Shown here: in pieces, positions 1 through 9,567 of the stretch
Layout: each line of letters starts with the position of its first letter
Position numbering within the stretch: position 1 is the first letter of the stretch
Assembly (NCBI GenBank): GCA_963743305.1
Contig: CAVUPH010000030.1
Location: 62,617 to 126,616 of the forward strand
From: an uncultured delta proteobacterium
GTDB taxonomy: Bacteria; Desulfobacterota; RBG-13-43-22
Direction: 5' to 3'
Length of the DNA: 64,000 bases
Program-made: the position numbers and the translations under genes
The notes under the pieces: model-generated
The model's database searches: none
Seen by the model: the letters and a program-made list of their open reading frames with translations, nothing else
Told to the model about the DNA's origin: nothing

Positions 1-1
1 G

Positions 2-280
2 GTATATACCCCGCAAAAGATAGCGGAGCATTTCATCAACGGAGTATTTGTCAAAGAATCGACCTTTTCCGGCACCTATGCCGCCAGCGCTCCCTCTGTT
101 TATAAACCCCAGGACTTTCATCATGGCACAGCGATTCAGGATATCGTTGCCCGATTCGGTCAACCTTCCTCTCAAAAACAAGAAACCGTCTGGAACGGCA
201 CCCTGAAAACCTATGTGTATCCATCCATTTTTTTTGTCTTTAATAACGATCTGTTAGTCTCTCTAACCGCCCTGCGATAA
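2..280 (+). CDS. 3' end of a gene entering the window; possible BamE/BLIP-like small domain
   Basis: Frame 2 is open from the window edge to TAA at 278-280; ...DIVARFGQPSSQKQETVWNGTLKTYVYPSIFFVFNNDLLVS... Confidence 0.55.
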   Translation, partial: VYTPQKIAEHFINGVFVKESTFSGTYAASAPSVYKPQDFHHGTAIQDIVARFGQPSSQKQETVWNGTLKTYVYPSIFFVFNNDLLVSLTALR

Positions 281-307
281 GTTTTCATTTCCGGAGGACA
301 TTTCAAC

Positions 308-1535
308 ATGAAACCCAACCGAATCTTTTTGGGACAAGAAGGACTGATCGGGGTCGTCGTCGTGGTCACCCTCTCCATAATCGGCACCCTGGGGCTACTG
401 GTTATGAATGGCCCGGATGCCGTTAATCAATACAATAACTCTTTACACCGTATCCGGACTGAAAGCCCAACGAATGAAGATATGCAATACGTAGCCGATA
501 ATCTCGGTAGCCTTACCGATGCCGCCGGAGGGATTACCTATACCAACGGGTGCGGATGATGTTCTCGCCACACCACTGCTAGTCATAATAAATGGCTCGG
601 TGGAAATGGGCAGCAAGCCTATTCCAGACCGCACTCAGGGATTCGGCCAACGTGGCCAGGTGGTTGCATGCGGCATAACGGTCGACAAAACACTCGCCAA
701 ACCCGGAGATTATGTTACGGCTACGATTGCCATCCCCACACCCTTTCAAAGTAAAATAAGCAGAATCGTCGGGGAAGCCGGTGCGGAAGGTTTTGGAGTA
801 TCTCCCGCCGGCGGAACGAATACTTTTAGTATTCCTTGCTCCAATGAAACAAGTCTTTTCCAGGTCCGTTTTGATGCTTATGACCATCAGGGGGGGATTG
901 CCTGCTCAGGATCCGTTTCGGTGAATATTGATTTTTCCACGCTTTTGACCACGCTGATATCTCCCACGGGGACCATCGATTCTCACCTGCCAACTTATAA
1001 ATGGAATGCGATTTGCGGCGCCAAATCGTATTGGTTACAGGTAGATGATACCACCAAAAGGGGTAAGATCTACGAGGGTTATTCCTCTTCGGAAGCGGGT
1101 TGTGCTTCGGGGACCGGCACCTGTTCCGTGACGCCATCGGTCAGCATAGCAGATGGGAATGCGACCTGGTGGGTAGCCGCCTGCCATGCGGTAGCCTGCG
1201 GAGCCTGGAGCAATGCCCTGGGATTCATTGTTGGTGCAGCCCAGGATCCCATCGTGGGACTCTGGAGCACAGGTGACGGGGGACAGGCCCTGATGGCGAA
1301 AGGCACTAACTATCAATTTGAGGCCAAGGTCACCCAGCAGGGAACCTGGTGGACCGAACGCGGCATCATGGTAGGGAACGTGGTCTGGCGGTTGAATAAA
1401 CAACCGGATGGGCATTACAAGGGCGATGCGGCGGTAAATGGGAATTATTCCTATTGGTGGCCGTTGGATGTGGTGGTCCAGGGAAATCAAATGATCGACA
1501 ATACCGGCAAACTGATTGCGACCAAGGCACAATAA
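308..1535 (+). CDS. Exported/surface protein with N-terminal hydrophobic helix and Ig/FN3-like domain; split by a probable frameshift near 530
   Basis: GGAGGA RBS before ATG 308; ORFs 308-559 and 519-1535 overlap; PTYKWNAICGAKSYWLQV...WWVAAC...GAWS is FN3-like. Confidence 0.55.
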
Positions 1536-1645
1536 TATCCGCCCGGGCTCTCCCTTGGGGGCGAAAGGCTGACAGGGAAGGCAAACATCGTTAGAGGGCG
1601 GTCGACTTTTTGACTGGGCGTGGCGGGGAATAATAAATCATCACC

Positions 1646-2908
1646 ATGATCAAGAAAATCTTATTCCCGGTTTTTCTTTTGACGGTCATCCTGGCCCTGG
1701 AAATTCAGGCGGCCGAGGTTCGCCTGCCTAAGACCGGGCAGGCAAACTGTTTTGACGGGGTTTGGGGGTACCAAGTGGAATGCCGGGGTTCCGGGCAGGA
1801 TGGAGAATACCGGACCGGGGCGGCTTGGCCTATTCCGCGGTTCACCAACCCGGACGGAAGCCTGCCCATCAGCAAGGAGGAAATTCTGGACCGGCTGACC
1901 GGACTCATCTGGACCAAGGACGTCACCTCGCCGAACCGGGGATTTTGCACCGGGGGATCAAAAAACTGGGGCCCGGCCTTCGATTATATCAAGTGCCTGA
2001 ACGATACCCGATACTTGAATCACGAAGATTGGAGGATGCCGAATACCGTCGAACTGGCCAGCCTGCACCATGACGGCCAGATACGGGATGATCAGTGGCT
2101 GGAAACCTTGGGATTTGTTTTTAATCCATTTTCTATCATCTGGTCTTCGACCACCAACGTGAAAAGTCCCGACACGGTCTTTTACGGCCTCCCCTATTAT
2201 CTCCTGCCCCTGAATCATACCGGCAAAAGCGCGATTCAAGACTCGGTCGTCTGGCCGGTTCGGGGCGGCGGGGCGATTCCGGGGGGAAACGGGGTCGTTC
2301 CCCTGGCCCGCACCGGACAAACCGGTTGTTATTTTTGGGAACCGCCCTATTACCCGATTGACTGCGCCGGCACGGGTCAGGACGGAGAATCGAGAAGAGG
2401 GGTGCCTTGGCCCGATCCCCGGTTTGCCAATCCGGATGGGGGCTGGCCGGTCAGCGGCGAAGAGGTCCTGGACCGGCTCACCGGGTTGATCTGGACCCGC
2501 GGGGTGGGAACCCCGGGCCCTCAGTCCTGCCAGTCCCTGGAAACGAAAAGCTGGGTTCAGGCCCTGGCGCACGTCCAATGCCTGAACCAGGAACAGTATT
2601 TGGGCCGCAAAGACTGGCGCCTGCCCAACGTGGTGGAACTGCAAAGCCTGACCGATCACCAGGCCCATGATCCGGCCCTTGCCGCGGACCATCCTTTTAC
2701 CCATATCGATCCGGACCCGGCAAAACGCTACGTCTGGACGTCGACTTCGCTTCTATCCAATCCCCGCTCCGCCCATGCGTATGACCTGTTCACGGGCGCG
2801 GTTAATTCCGGGGACAAATTTAACCAACGGTACTACGCCTGGCCCGTCCGGGGCGGGGAGCTAGGTGCCCAATACTCCATTTTCCTGCCCCTGCTCCTTC
2901 GGCCATGA
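1646..2908 (+). CDS. Secreted protein with two DUF1566 (Lcl C-terminal) domains
   Basis: Signal peptide; two internal repeats of LPKTGQ..C..GQDGE..WP.PRF..DRLTGLIW..DWR(L/M)PN..EL.SL..WPVRGG. Confidence 0.9.
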   Translation: MIKKILFPVFLLTVILALEIQAAEVRLPKTGQANCFDGVWGYQVECRGSGQDGEYRTGAAWPIPRFTNPDGSLPISKEEILDRLTGLIWTKDVTSPNRGFCTGGSKNWGPAFDYIKCLNDTRYLNHEDWRMPNTVELASLHHDGQIRDDQWLETLGFVFNPFSIIWSSTTNVKSPDTVFYGLPYYLLPLNHTGKSAIQDSVVWPVRGGGAIPGGNGVVPLARTGQTGCYFWEPPYYPIDCAGTGQDGESRRGVPWPDPRFANPDGGWPVSGEEVLDRLTGLIWTRGVGTPGPQSCQSLETKSWVQALAHVQCLNQEQYLGRKDWRLPNVVELQSLTDHQAHDPALAADHPFTHIDPDPAKRYVWTSTSLLSNPRSAHAYDLFTGAVNSGDKFNQRYYAWPVRGGELGAQYSIFLPLLLRP

Positions 2909-3108
2909 CCTGGACCGGAATCTTCTTCCTCCGTTATTTGAGCAATAAAAATAGGCTAGGGGTCTTTACTTTTGACAAAAAGTCAATGCCCGGGGGCTGG
3001 CTTGCCTATTGCTTTTGGTCCGTCTCCCCGGCAGAGGGAAAAAGGATGAAGCCTTGGTCTTTGCTTGGTCCGACCCTCCGTTTCAGGACCAGCCATCAAG
3101 ACCAGCGG

Positions 3109-4179
3109 TCAATGCACCTCGGCCGGCAAGAACTTGAACGGTTCAACCGGTTTGAATTGGCCCGCGGCATTTCCGGAATAAAAAGTTCCTCCGGTCAGGG
3201 TCAGCCTTAGGGCGGGTTTTCCCGCGGCCAGATCCAGGTCGGCCAGATCGACCCAGAACACATTCGGACTACGCGCCGAATCGAAGTAATAGCGCTTGTT
3301 TTTGTGGTCCGCCACCGTGCGCCAAAGGGTCGAGGAAATATTGGGTTGACCGGGCGTCTTGATCCCTAAGGGCACCGACACATTCCGAATCACCGAGAAG
3401 ACGCTCGCCACCGCCTCGGCCTTATCGGCCGTCTGGGGAATGGCGTTGATGTAGAAGGAAGCGCGCGCGAATCGATCTGCCGATCGGTTGGTGCCGGGCA
3501 ACATAACGAGCCCGCCGATCTGCTGCCAGTAGGCATTCAGCGCGAGTTGCTGATCGAACTTGGGGGAGTTCGTCATGACCTGATATTGGCGTCCATGATG
3601 AATCATCAACTTCCCCTCGATATATTCCAGTATGGCCGAGTCGCCGGTTGGGTCCGACATCGACAGATGGACATGGCCGGCATGACCGTCCGGCGATTTG
3701 ACCTGAACGACGTAGAACGGCTCCTGACGAAGCGCGGCCACCGCCTCCGCGACCGTGGCGTAATTGTCGAGCACGTATTGCACCCAAACCGAGATGGACA
3801 TGGGGAGGCGTGGGTCCTTAGCCGCGGGCTGAGGATATTCGGATTCCGCCAGGTATAAGAGGTTGGCCACCAGACCCTGATCATTCAGGCCATCGGCCGT
3901 GCCGGCCTCGAATACCGAGGTGATGACGCTGCCGTATTTCGACGTCCAGCGGATTGATCTGCTCCCCGCCGCCCCATCGCGCGGCATGCCGCGAGGGAAG
4001 GCCCAGAGGTTTGACCCCATGTCCGACAACCAGTCCATGCTGCGGGCGGTGATGATGGTTCCTTGGGGCCCGAGATAGACTGCTCGAGTACAGGCCGGAG
4101 CCTCTGGCAGCAATACGGTCGTCAGGCCAAAAAAAATCAACGCGGCCCAGAGGGCCGGGTTCGTCCATTTCACTTTCAT
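3109..4179 (-). CDS. Linear amide C-N hydrolase (choloylglycine hydrolase/penicillin V acylase family), exported
   Basis: Signal peptide then Ntn nucleophile CTR; ARSMDW, DGLNDQGL, VMTNSP, SADRF motifs. Confidence 0.92.
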   Translation of the reverse strand: MKVKWTNPALWAALIFFGLTTVLLPEAPACTRAVYLGPQGTIITARSMDWLSDMGSNLWAFPRGMPRDGAAGSRSIRWTSKYGSVITSVFEAGTADGLNDQGLVANLLYLAESEYPQPAAKDPRLPMSISVWVQYVLDNYATVAEAVAALRQEPFYVVQVKSPDGHAGHVHLSMSDPTGDSAILEYIEGKLMIHHGRQYQVMTNSPKFDQQLALNAYWQQIGGLVMLPGTNRSADRFARASFYINAIPQTADKAEAVASVFSVIRNVSVPLGIKTPGQPNISSTLWRTVADHKNKRYYFDSARSPNVFWVDLADLDLAAGKPALRLTLTGGTFYSGNAAGQFKPVEPFKFLPAEVH

Positions 4180-4205
4180 AATTCGTTCTCCCGCTTAGAT
4201 TTAGT

Positions 4206-5117
4206 TCATCCTTGGTATTTGAGGAAAGTCCCCTGTTGATACTCTTCGAAGGCTATTCGTAATTCCTCATTGGTGTTCATGACTATGGGCCCATACCAGG
4301 CGACCGGTTCACCAATGGGCTTCCCGGAAATCAGGAGGAATCTCACTTGATGCCCTTCGGTAGAGACCAATATCTCGTCACCGTCAGCGAACAGAACAAT
4401 CGTCTCGTTGCTGACAAAGGGATCGCGCTGAAGGTCAAAGTAGTTCCTTCCCACCACTTCGTAACTGAAAGGATTCTTCTCCTGGCAGAAATATCCTTGG
4501 CCCTCGATCAGGTAAGCGAAGACCGTATGGCCTCGTTTCGTGGGGTGCCGGAACTCTGAATGTGCCGGAACGGTAACGTCGATGAACTCGGGATCGATGA
4601 CGATATCCCGTACCGGACCTTTAATGCCGGATACTTCACCGGAAATGATCTTGACAGTCGCACCGTTGGGGAGTTTGACTTCGGGTATCTGTTCGCTCGT
4701 TACATCCCGATAGCGCGGGTCCATCATCTTGTCCCGGGAGGGCAGATTGGCCCAGAGTTGAAACCCGTACATTTTTCCGTTTCGATCCCCTTTTGGCATT
4801 TCCTGGTGGATGATCCCGCTGCCGGCAGTCATCCACTGGACATCCCCCGAGCCGATAATTCCTTTGTTGCCAAGACTGTCACCGTGTTCGACGTCTCCCT
4901 CCAGAACATAGGTGATTGTTTCGATCCCGCGATGTGGATGCCAGGGAAAACCTCTCAGATAGTGATCCGGATTATCAGAACGGAAATCGTCCAGAAGCAG
5001 AAAAGGATCGAACAGGGGCACCTCAGCGTTCCCCAGAGCCCTTTTCAGATGAACACCGGCGCCTTCAATCGTTGGTTTGCTCTTTAGCACTTTATGGATT
5101 TGTCGAGTGGTAGGCAT
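4206..5117 (-). CDS. Pirin family protein
   Basis: DPFLLLD, GFPWHPHRGIETITY, QWMTAGSGIIHQE, QLWANLP, YGPIVMN. Confidence 0.95.
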   Translation of the reverse strand: MPTTRQIHKVLKSKPTIEGAGVHLKRALGNAEVPLFDPFLLLDDFRSDNPDHYLRGFPWHPHRGIETITYVLEGDVEHGDSLGNKGIIGSGDVQWMTAGSGIIHQEMPKGDRNGKMYGFQLWANLPSRDKMMDPRYRDVTSEQIPEVKLPNGATVKIISGEVSGIKGPVRDIVIDPEFIDVTVPAHSEFRHPTKRGHTVFAYLIEGQGYFCQEKNPFSYEVVGRNYFDLQRDPFVSNETIVLFADGDEILVSTEGHQVRFLLISGKPIGEPVAWYGPIVMNTNEELRIAFEEYQQGTFLKYQG

Positions 5118-5337
5118 CGCAGGTCCTTTCTTCGTAAAAAATAAGACTTCATCCTGTCTGAAGTGATTAAGCGGCCGGTAATCGGCCGTCGAGAATAACT
5201 CATTGTTTTTTTTGTCTTTTCAATTTAATAGAATTATAGGTTGACAAATGAGGATCGGTCAAGAAAATATTGAGGAGTGTATTTTTTAGGAGAACACGGG
5301 GAGGGGATCCAGGTGGTCATACAGATTTATTTTCTTT

Positions 5338-5366
5338 TTGACGGAGGCCTCGAGAGAAGTTACTAT
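5338..5366 (+). promoter_or_regulatory. Putative sigma70 promoter for the cNMP-rhodanese operon
   Basis: TTGACG-N17-TACTAT upstream of 5558. Confidence 0.45.
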
Positions 5367-5557
5367 GGTGTCCCTGGCAAAGGTAAGCTCTTATTTGCGC
5401 CGAAGAATTTCGTCTGACGATTTACTCTTTACACGTGTGGAAGGTATTCTGGCGCCATGCCGGCCGGAGAGAGAACTGGGACACTTTGTTGATCGAGATC
5501 AGAAAACGGGCTGAGTACGCAAACCGCTAAAAAAGACGAAGGCATCGGAATCCGATC

Positions 5558-6469
5558 ATGACTGAAAACCCCGAGATCTTGAAGACCCTGGCCGAAAGCC
5601 GTTTGTTCGGCCATCTAAAGCCTGAAATCCTGAAAGCCATTTCGGAAATTGTCCAGGAGGTCGTCGTCCCTCCCGACACCACCATCGGTACGATGGGGGA
5701 GAAGGGAAAATCCTGTTGCCTCATTGCCTCCGGTCGGGTGAAGATGTTCCGAACAAGCAAATCCGGGGCCGAGGTCGATCTGGTCCAATTGGTTGCCGGC
5801 GAGAGTTTCGGAGAAGTGGCTCTTTTGTCGGATGAACCGATCCCGGCTTCGGTAAAAAGCGTGGAAGAAACCCGGTTGCTCGTGATATCCAAAGATAGGT
5901 TTGATCCCCTGATGAGGGAATATCCTGAGGTCAAAGAGGCTGTCGGCAAGGGGGTTTCGAGCTGGTTCCACCGGGCCACTGCCAATATGGAAGGTCAGGC
6001 CGAGCTTCGATCCAAGGCTTCTCGCCTGAGATGGATCGACTTGGCCATCATTATCGGTCTCAGCCTCTTGTGCGCCCTGGCTTTTAATCATTCCAACCCC
6101 AAAGGGATACCTCTAATTCCTCAACGCTCTACCCTGGAAGGCGTTTCCTTTCTAAATCCTTCGGCCGTCTTCGAGAAACAGAAAAGAGGAGAAGTCCTTA
6201 TCGTCGATGCCCTGCCGGCTATCTTTTATGAGCAGGAGCACATTGCGAACGCGGTGAACCTCCCCTTGGCCATCTTTGACTTTATGTATGATATGAAATT
6301 GGGGAAAATGGACAAGACCAAAGCCATTGTGGTCTATGGGAGGACTATCAGCAGGCACTATGATGAGGAGGTGGCTACTAAATTGGTCATCCGAGGGTTC
6401 AAAAATGTGAGCATTTTAAATGGCGGGCTGGCCGCCTGGAAAGAAAATCACTATCCGGTGGCGCCATGA
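5558..6469 (+). CDS. cNMP-binding domain + TM helix + rhodanese-like domain protein
   Basis: GESFGEVALL (cNMP); IVDA..FYEQEHIANAVNLP and LNGGLAAW (rhodanese); YGRT where catalytic YC is expected. Confidence 0.85.
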   Translation: MTENPEILKTLAESRLFGHLKPEILKAISEIVQEVVVPPDTTIGTMGEKGKSCCLIASGRVKMFRTSKSGAEVDLVQLVAGESFGEVALLSDEPIPASVKSVEETRLLVISKDRFDPLMREYPEVKEAVGKGVSSWFHRATANMEGQAELRSKASRLRWIDLAIIIGLSLLCALAFNHSNPKGIPLIPQRSTLEGVSFLNPSAVFEKQKRGEVLIVDALPAIFYEQEHIANAVNLPLAIFDFMYDMKLGKMDKTKAIVVYGRTISRHYDEEVATKLVIRGFKNVSILNGGLAAWKENHYPVAP

Positions 6470-6975
6470 AGGTTCTGTACTCGTTTATGAAAAGGATTTT
6501 GATCAGCCCCTACCTTTCGCTGGCCTTCAGGGTCTATATAGCCTGGATCTTTTTGCAGGCCGGCCTGGGTAAGATACCCGATCCCGCCCTATTCGCGGAA
6601 AATGTGGCCGATTACCGGATTATACCCTTTTTGGCGATTAACCTGGTGGCCCTGGTCTTACCTTGGATGGAATTGATCTGCGCCTTTTATCTTTTTTTCG
6701 GTTTAAGGACCAAGGCGACGGCGGCGATTTTATCCGGACTCCTCTTCCTGTTTACCCTCTTCGTCCTCATCAACGTCTTCCGGGGTGTATCCATGGATTG
6801 CGGGTGTTTTGATAACGTCGGAGAGCCCATAGGTTGGGCGAAAGTCACCCAAAACACGATTTGGCTTCTGATGACCATTCAAATATTTTTCTTTGACCGG
6901 ATTCCTTTTTACCGCAGGAGCGAGTACCTGTTTAAGAAAAAGACGCCGGAGAAAACTATCGTTTCCTCTTCGTGA
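6466..6975 (+). CDS. MauE/DoxX family membrane protein
   Basis: RVYIAWIFLQAGLGKI, LPWMEL, DCGCF. Confidence 0.88.
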   Translation: MKVLYSFMKRILISPYLSLAFRVYIAWIFLQAGLGKIPDPALFAENVADYRIIPFLAINLVALVLPWMELICAFYLFFGLRTKATAAILSGLLFLFTLFVLINVFRGVSMDCGCFDNVGEPIGWAKVTQNTIWLLMTIQIFFFDRIPFYRRSEYLFKKKTPEKTIVSSS

Positions 6976-6983
6976 GGGAGACT

Positions 6984-7328
6984 ATGCCTAGATCACCGAG
7001 ATCGCTTAAGCGCTTTATACTTCTACTCACGGTAGTGACGTTGGTTACCGTAGCTTGCTCCCGGGAAGAAAAATTCTTGGGCACGTACACGCCCATCCCC
7101 AACAGCCCGCCGGAGTACTTTGACCTGTATGTGGAATTGAAAAAGGGCGGGGAGGGTGTCCGCCGCTTCCAGAGCGGAGAACCCCTGGCCTTTCATTGGG
7201 TCGTCAAAGGCGACGAAGTGCGGATCCACACCCAATCCGGGGGAACTATTGTGGCCAGAAAGAAAGGAGATCTGTTTGAGGTAAGATTTCCCGGTCCCCA
7301 AGTGGTGTATTTTAAAAAGATCAAATAG
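6984..7328 (+). CDS. Putative lipoprotein
   Basis: Hydrophobic signal ending in lipobox-like VACS. Confidence 0.6.
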   Translation: MPRSPRSLKRFILLLTVVTLVTVACSREEKFLGTYTPIPNSPPEYFDLYVELKKGGEGVRRFQSGEPLAFHWVVKGDEVRIHTQSGGTIVARKKGDLFEVRFPGPQVVYFKKIK

Positions 7329-7394
7329 TGGAATAGAAAACGGGAACGCTTCTCGGCTGAAAACTTCCGGTTCAAACTCCCGTTCCGGGCGCGC

Positions 7395-8000
7395 TTACGG
7401 GACGGTAGTGGAAATGGAAATCGTATCCAGAAAAAAGTTACTGTGGTCTATTTCGTCGTTCACCAGCTCAAAAACCAACTCGCCCGCTTGTCCCCGATAG
7501 GCGGTAAGGTCGATCTGCCCTAAAACCCATTGGCTGGTATTATTCGACTCGCAAAGGTCATAGGTCCGCAGCGTCGTCGGGCCGAAGCGGACATAGGCGT
7601 AGTCAAAACCGCAATTTTCCGGAAGTTCATAGGACTCGATCCAATAGTAAAAATTCAAGGTGGCGGCATTTTCAGGGATAGTGATGCCCTGCGACAGGGT
7701 CGAGGTTTCATTAATTTGCCCCCCCAGCCAAACTGCCCAGTTTCCCCCCTGAGGGATCAGGCCCTGCAAATTCGCGGCGGCCAGTATTAAAGGAAGCCCA
7801 TTGGTAGAGGATTCCCGCCAGGACCCGTCGGCGCCTTTCTCAAAATCCCCGTTCTGGAACTGCTGGACCTTGATTATTAGGGGCAGATAGAGTGAGTAAG
7901 CTTGGGTGCCGACCGGAAACCCGATCAATGAGAACAAAAGGAAGAGAAAAATCCCCCTTCTGAAAATAGGAAAATTTTGATGGAAAATAACTAAAAGCAT
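7395..8000 (-). CDS. Secreted protein with carbohydrate-binding-like jelly-roll domain
   Basis: Signal peptide; NGDFE, WLGG, LSQGITIP, IDLTAYRGQ, FFLDTI. Confidence 0.75.
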   Translation of the reverse strand: MLLVIFHQNFPIFRRGIFLFLLFSLIGFPVGTQAYSLYLPLIIKVQQFQNGDFEKGADGSWRESSTNGLPLILAAANLQGLIPQGGNWAVWLGGQINETSTLSQGITIPENAATLNFYYWIESYELPENCGFDYAYVRFGPTTLRTYDLCESNNTSQWVLGQIDLTAYRGQAGELVFELVNDEIDHSNFFLDTISISTTVP

Positions 8001-8082
8001 TTTTTGCAGCCTCTTCGCGGAGACCCTCCCCGGATAGGTGGTTTGGCATGATATTCAGGTTTATATCCCGGATTGTTTAAAC

Positions 8083-8118
8083 CTCAGGGGCGGGGGGCTT
8101 TATCCCTCCGCCCCTGAG
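8083..8118. repeat. GC-rich hairpin (terminator or REP-like)
   Basis: ctcaggggcggggg...ctccgcccctgag inverted repeat. Confidence 0.5.
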
Positions 8119-8144
8119 CGGGTTTACCCTTCAGTCTGTTCGAC

Positions 8145-8651
8145 TCACATCGGCCGCCATAGTGGACAACCGGTTTCGACGCTTCTTAGCTGAATGGAAA
8201 TAACTGGGTCCGGATCGGGATAAGTCAAACTCATCAGGATATACTTATACGTTGCCGGGGTGAAATACACCTTTTTGACTTCCAGGGATACATTATCCCC
8301 CACACCCGGTCTCTCCACTCCCAGATCCTCCCAGTACTTAACCGGCCCCAACCCGTAAACGGAAATTTCCTCCTCCCCGACGGTGATTTTAATTCCGTCA
8401 AAGGTTTGCGGAGGGCTTATTTCAGAAACCGTTCCAACTAGAGTTCCGTCTTCACCATTGAGCACCAACAGGCACTTTAAATCCTGCTTATACCGCCTGA
8501 TTTGGTTCTGGTTCTGGTTCTGGTTCTGGTTCCGATTTCGAATTTGGTTGGCGGTCTCGGCTAGGGTGGTCCCGGCAAAGACGAACACAGCCAACACCAA
8601 GCTCGCAATGAACAAAATATTTCTTTTCAAAGTCTCACCCCCTTCCCTCAT
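8145..8651 (-). CDS. Secreted protein with (QN)n tract and OB-fold-like C-terminal domain
   Basis: Signal peptide; RNRNQNQNQNQNQ encoded by a 6-bp tandem repeat at about 8503-8532; LGPVKYW...VGDNVSL. Confidence 0.7.
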   Translation of the reverse strand: MREGGETLKRNILFIASLVLAVFVFAGTTLAETANQIRNRNQNQNQNQNQIRRYKQDLKCLLVLNGEDGTLVGTVSEISPPQTFDGIKITVGEEEISVYGLGPVKYWEDLGVERPGVGDNVSLEVKKVYFTPATYKYILMSLTYPDPDPVISIQLRSVETGCPLWRPM

Positions 8652-9009
8652 TTATTTTTTGTTTTACTCCCAATTCTGCAAACCCTGTTCCAGACCCATC
8701 ATCATTCAATCTTTTTCAGACTCGGCGAGGCCTTATAGAGATAAATAGTACATGAATTCATTATGTTATATAATATTTCCAGAAAACATTTACTTAGACA
8801 GATCGGGCACCCCCCCACCATGGCGATAAGAAAAATGCAAAACATGCATCCGGGTGCGCAATTCTTGCAGATCCCGGGGCAGAAGACAGACGATCATCAC
8901 GAAGGGTCAAGACCGACAGCCTCTAGGGGTCTAAATGGGATAGTAAAGAGGCGGCCCGAAGGAATGGTGCGGATTAAGTGGGGATCGTTCGGGTGGAAGA
9001 CCTGCCGGA

Positions 9010-9255
9010 GCACCGGGAGAAAATGGATCAACAAAAAGCGCTGCGGGGATCGGATCTTTAAATTCGGTCTGAGGGCCTACCGGGATTTCCTGGAGGGGCT
9101 GGTCACCCGCCCGAAAGAGGAGATGGTGAAGGCCATCCATGATTTCGAACTGCGGGAACTCTGGCAGACCTTCATGACCGGGAACTATTATTATTGTTTC
9201 TCTTGCCAGGCTCAATGTCCGGCTACGCAATTGCCCCTAATGGAAAGAAGCGGCA
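9010..9255 (+). pseudogene. C-terminal remnant of a 4Fe-4S protein (epoxyqueuosine reductase-like)
   Basis: INKKRC...YYYCFSCQAQCP; no credible N-terminus; runs into a repeat element. Confidence 0.5.
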
Positions 9256-9383
9256 CTACAACCGTTCGCCCTGAGCTGCGAGCCTGTCGAGCAGTCGAAG
9301 GGTGAACGATACGGCCATGCTTCGACAAGCTCAGCATGAACGGAGATACCGCGCCATTGTACAGCTTATTTCTTGACGGGTTC
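9256..9383. mobile_element. 5'-truncated copy of the 162-bp REP-carrying MITE
   Basis: Closely similar to 10588-10716; right end ttatttcttgacgggttc followed by TTA; left TIR absent. Confidence 0.75.
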
Positions 9384-9413
9384 TTAAACCATTTTTCCTG
9401 ATAGTAACCTTTT

Positions 9414-9488
9414 GCCGTCTTTCCGGCGAAAGCCGGAATCCAGGATTTTAGTGATTTTCTGGACTTCGACTTTAGCCAGAGTGACGGC
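9414..9488. repeat. CGTC-type REP doublet
   Basis: cgtctttccggcgaaagccggaatccag...ctggac...gtgacg; similar to 63861-63936. Confidence 0.75.
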
Positions 9489-9567
9489 GGGGCTAACGGA
9501 ATTTCCCTAAAGTAAGGCACTGTGTCCGACCCCCAGTTAACGAAGCGGGCGCGCAGAACGCGCGCCT

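Noticed and set aside
5365-5530. Riboswitch or small selenoprotein in the leader of 5558
   Set aside because: Only a 7-bp gtgtccc/gggacac pairing, no known aptamer motif, and the TGA-containing frame has no convincing start or continuation.
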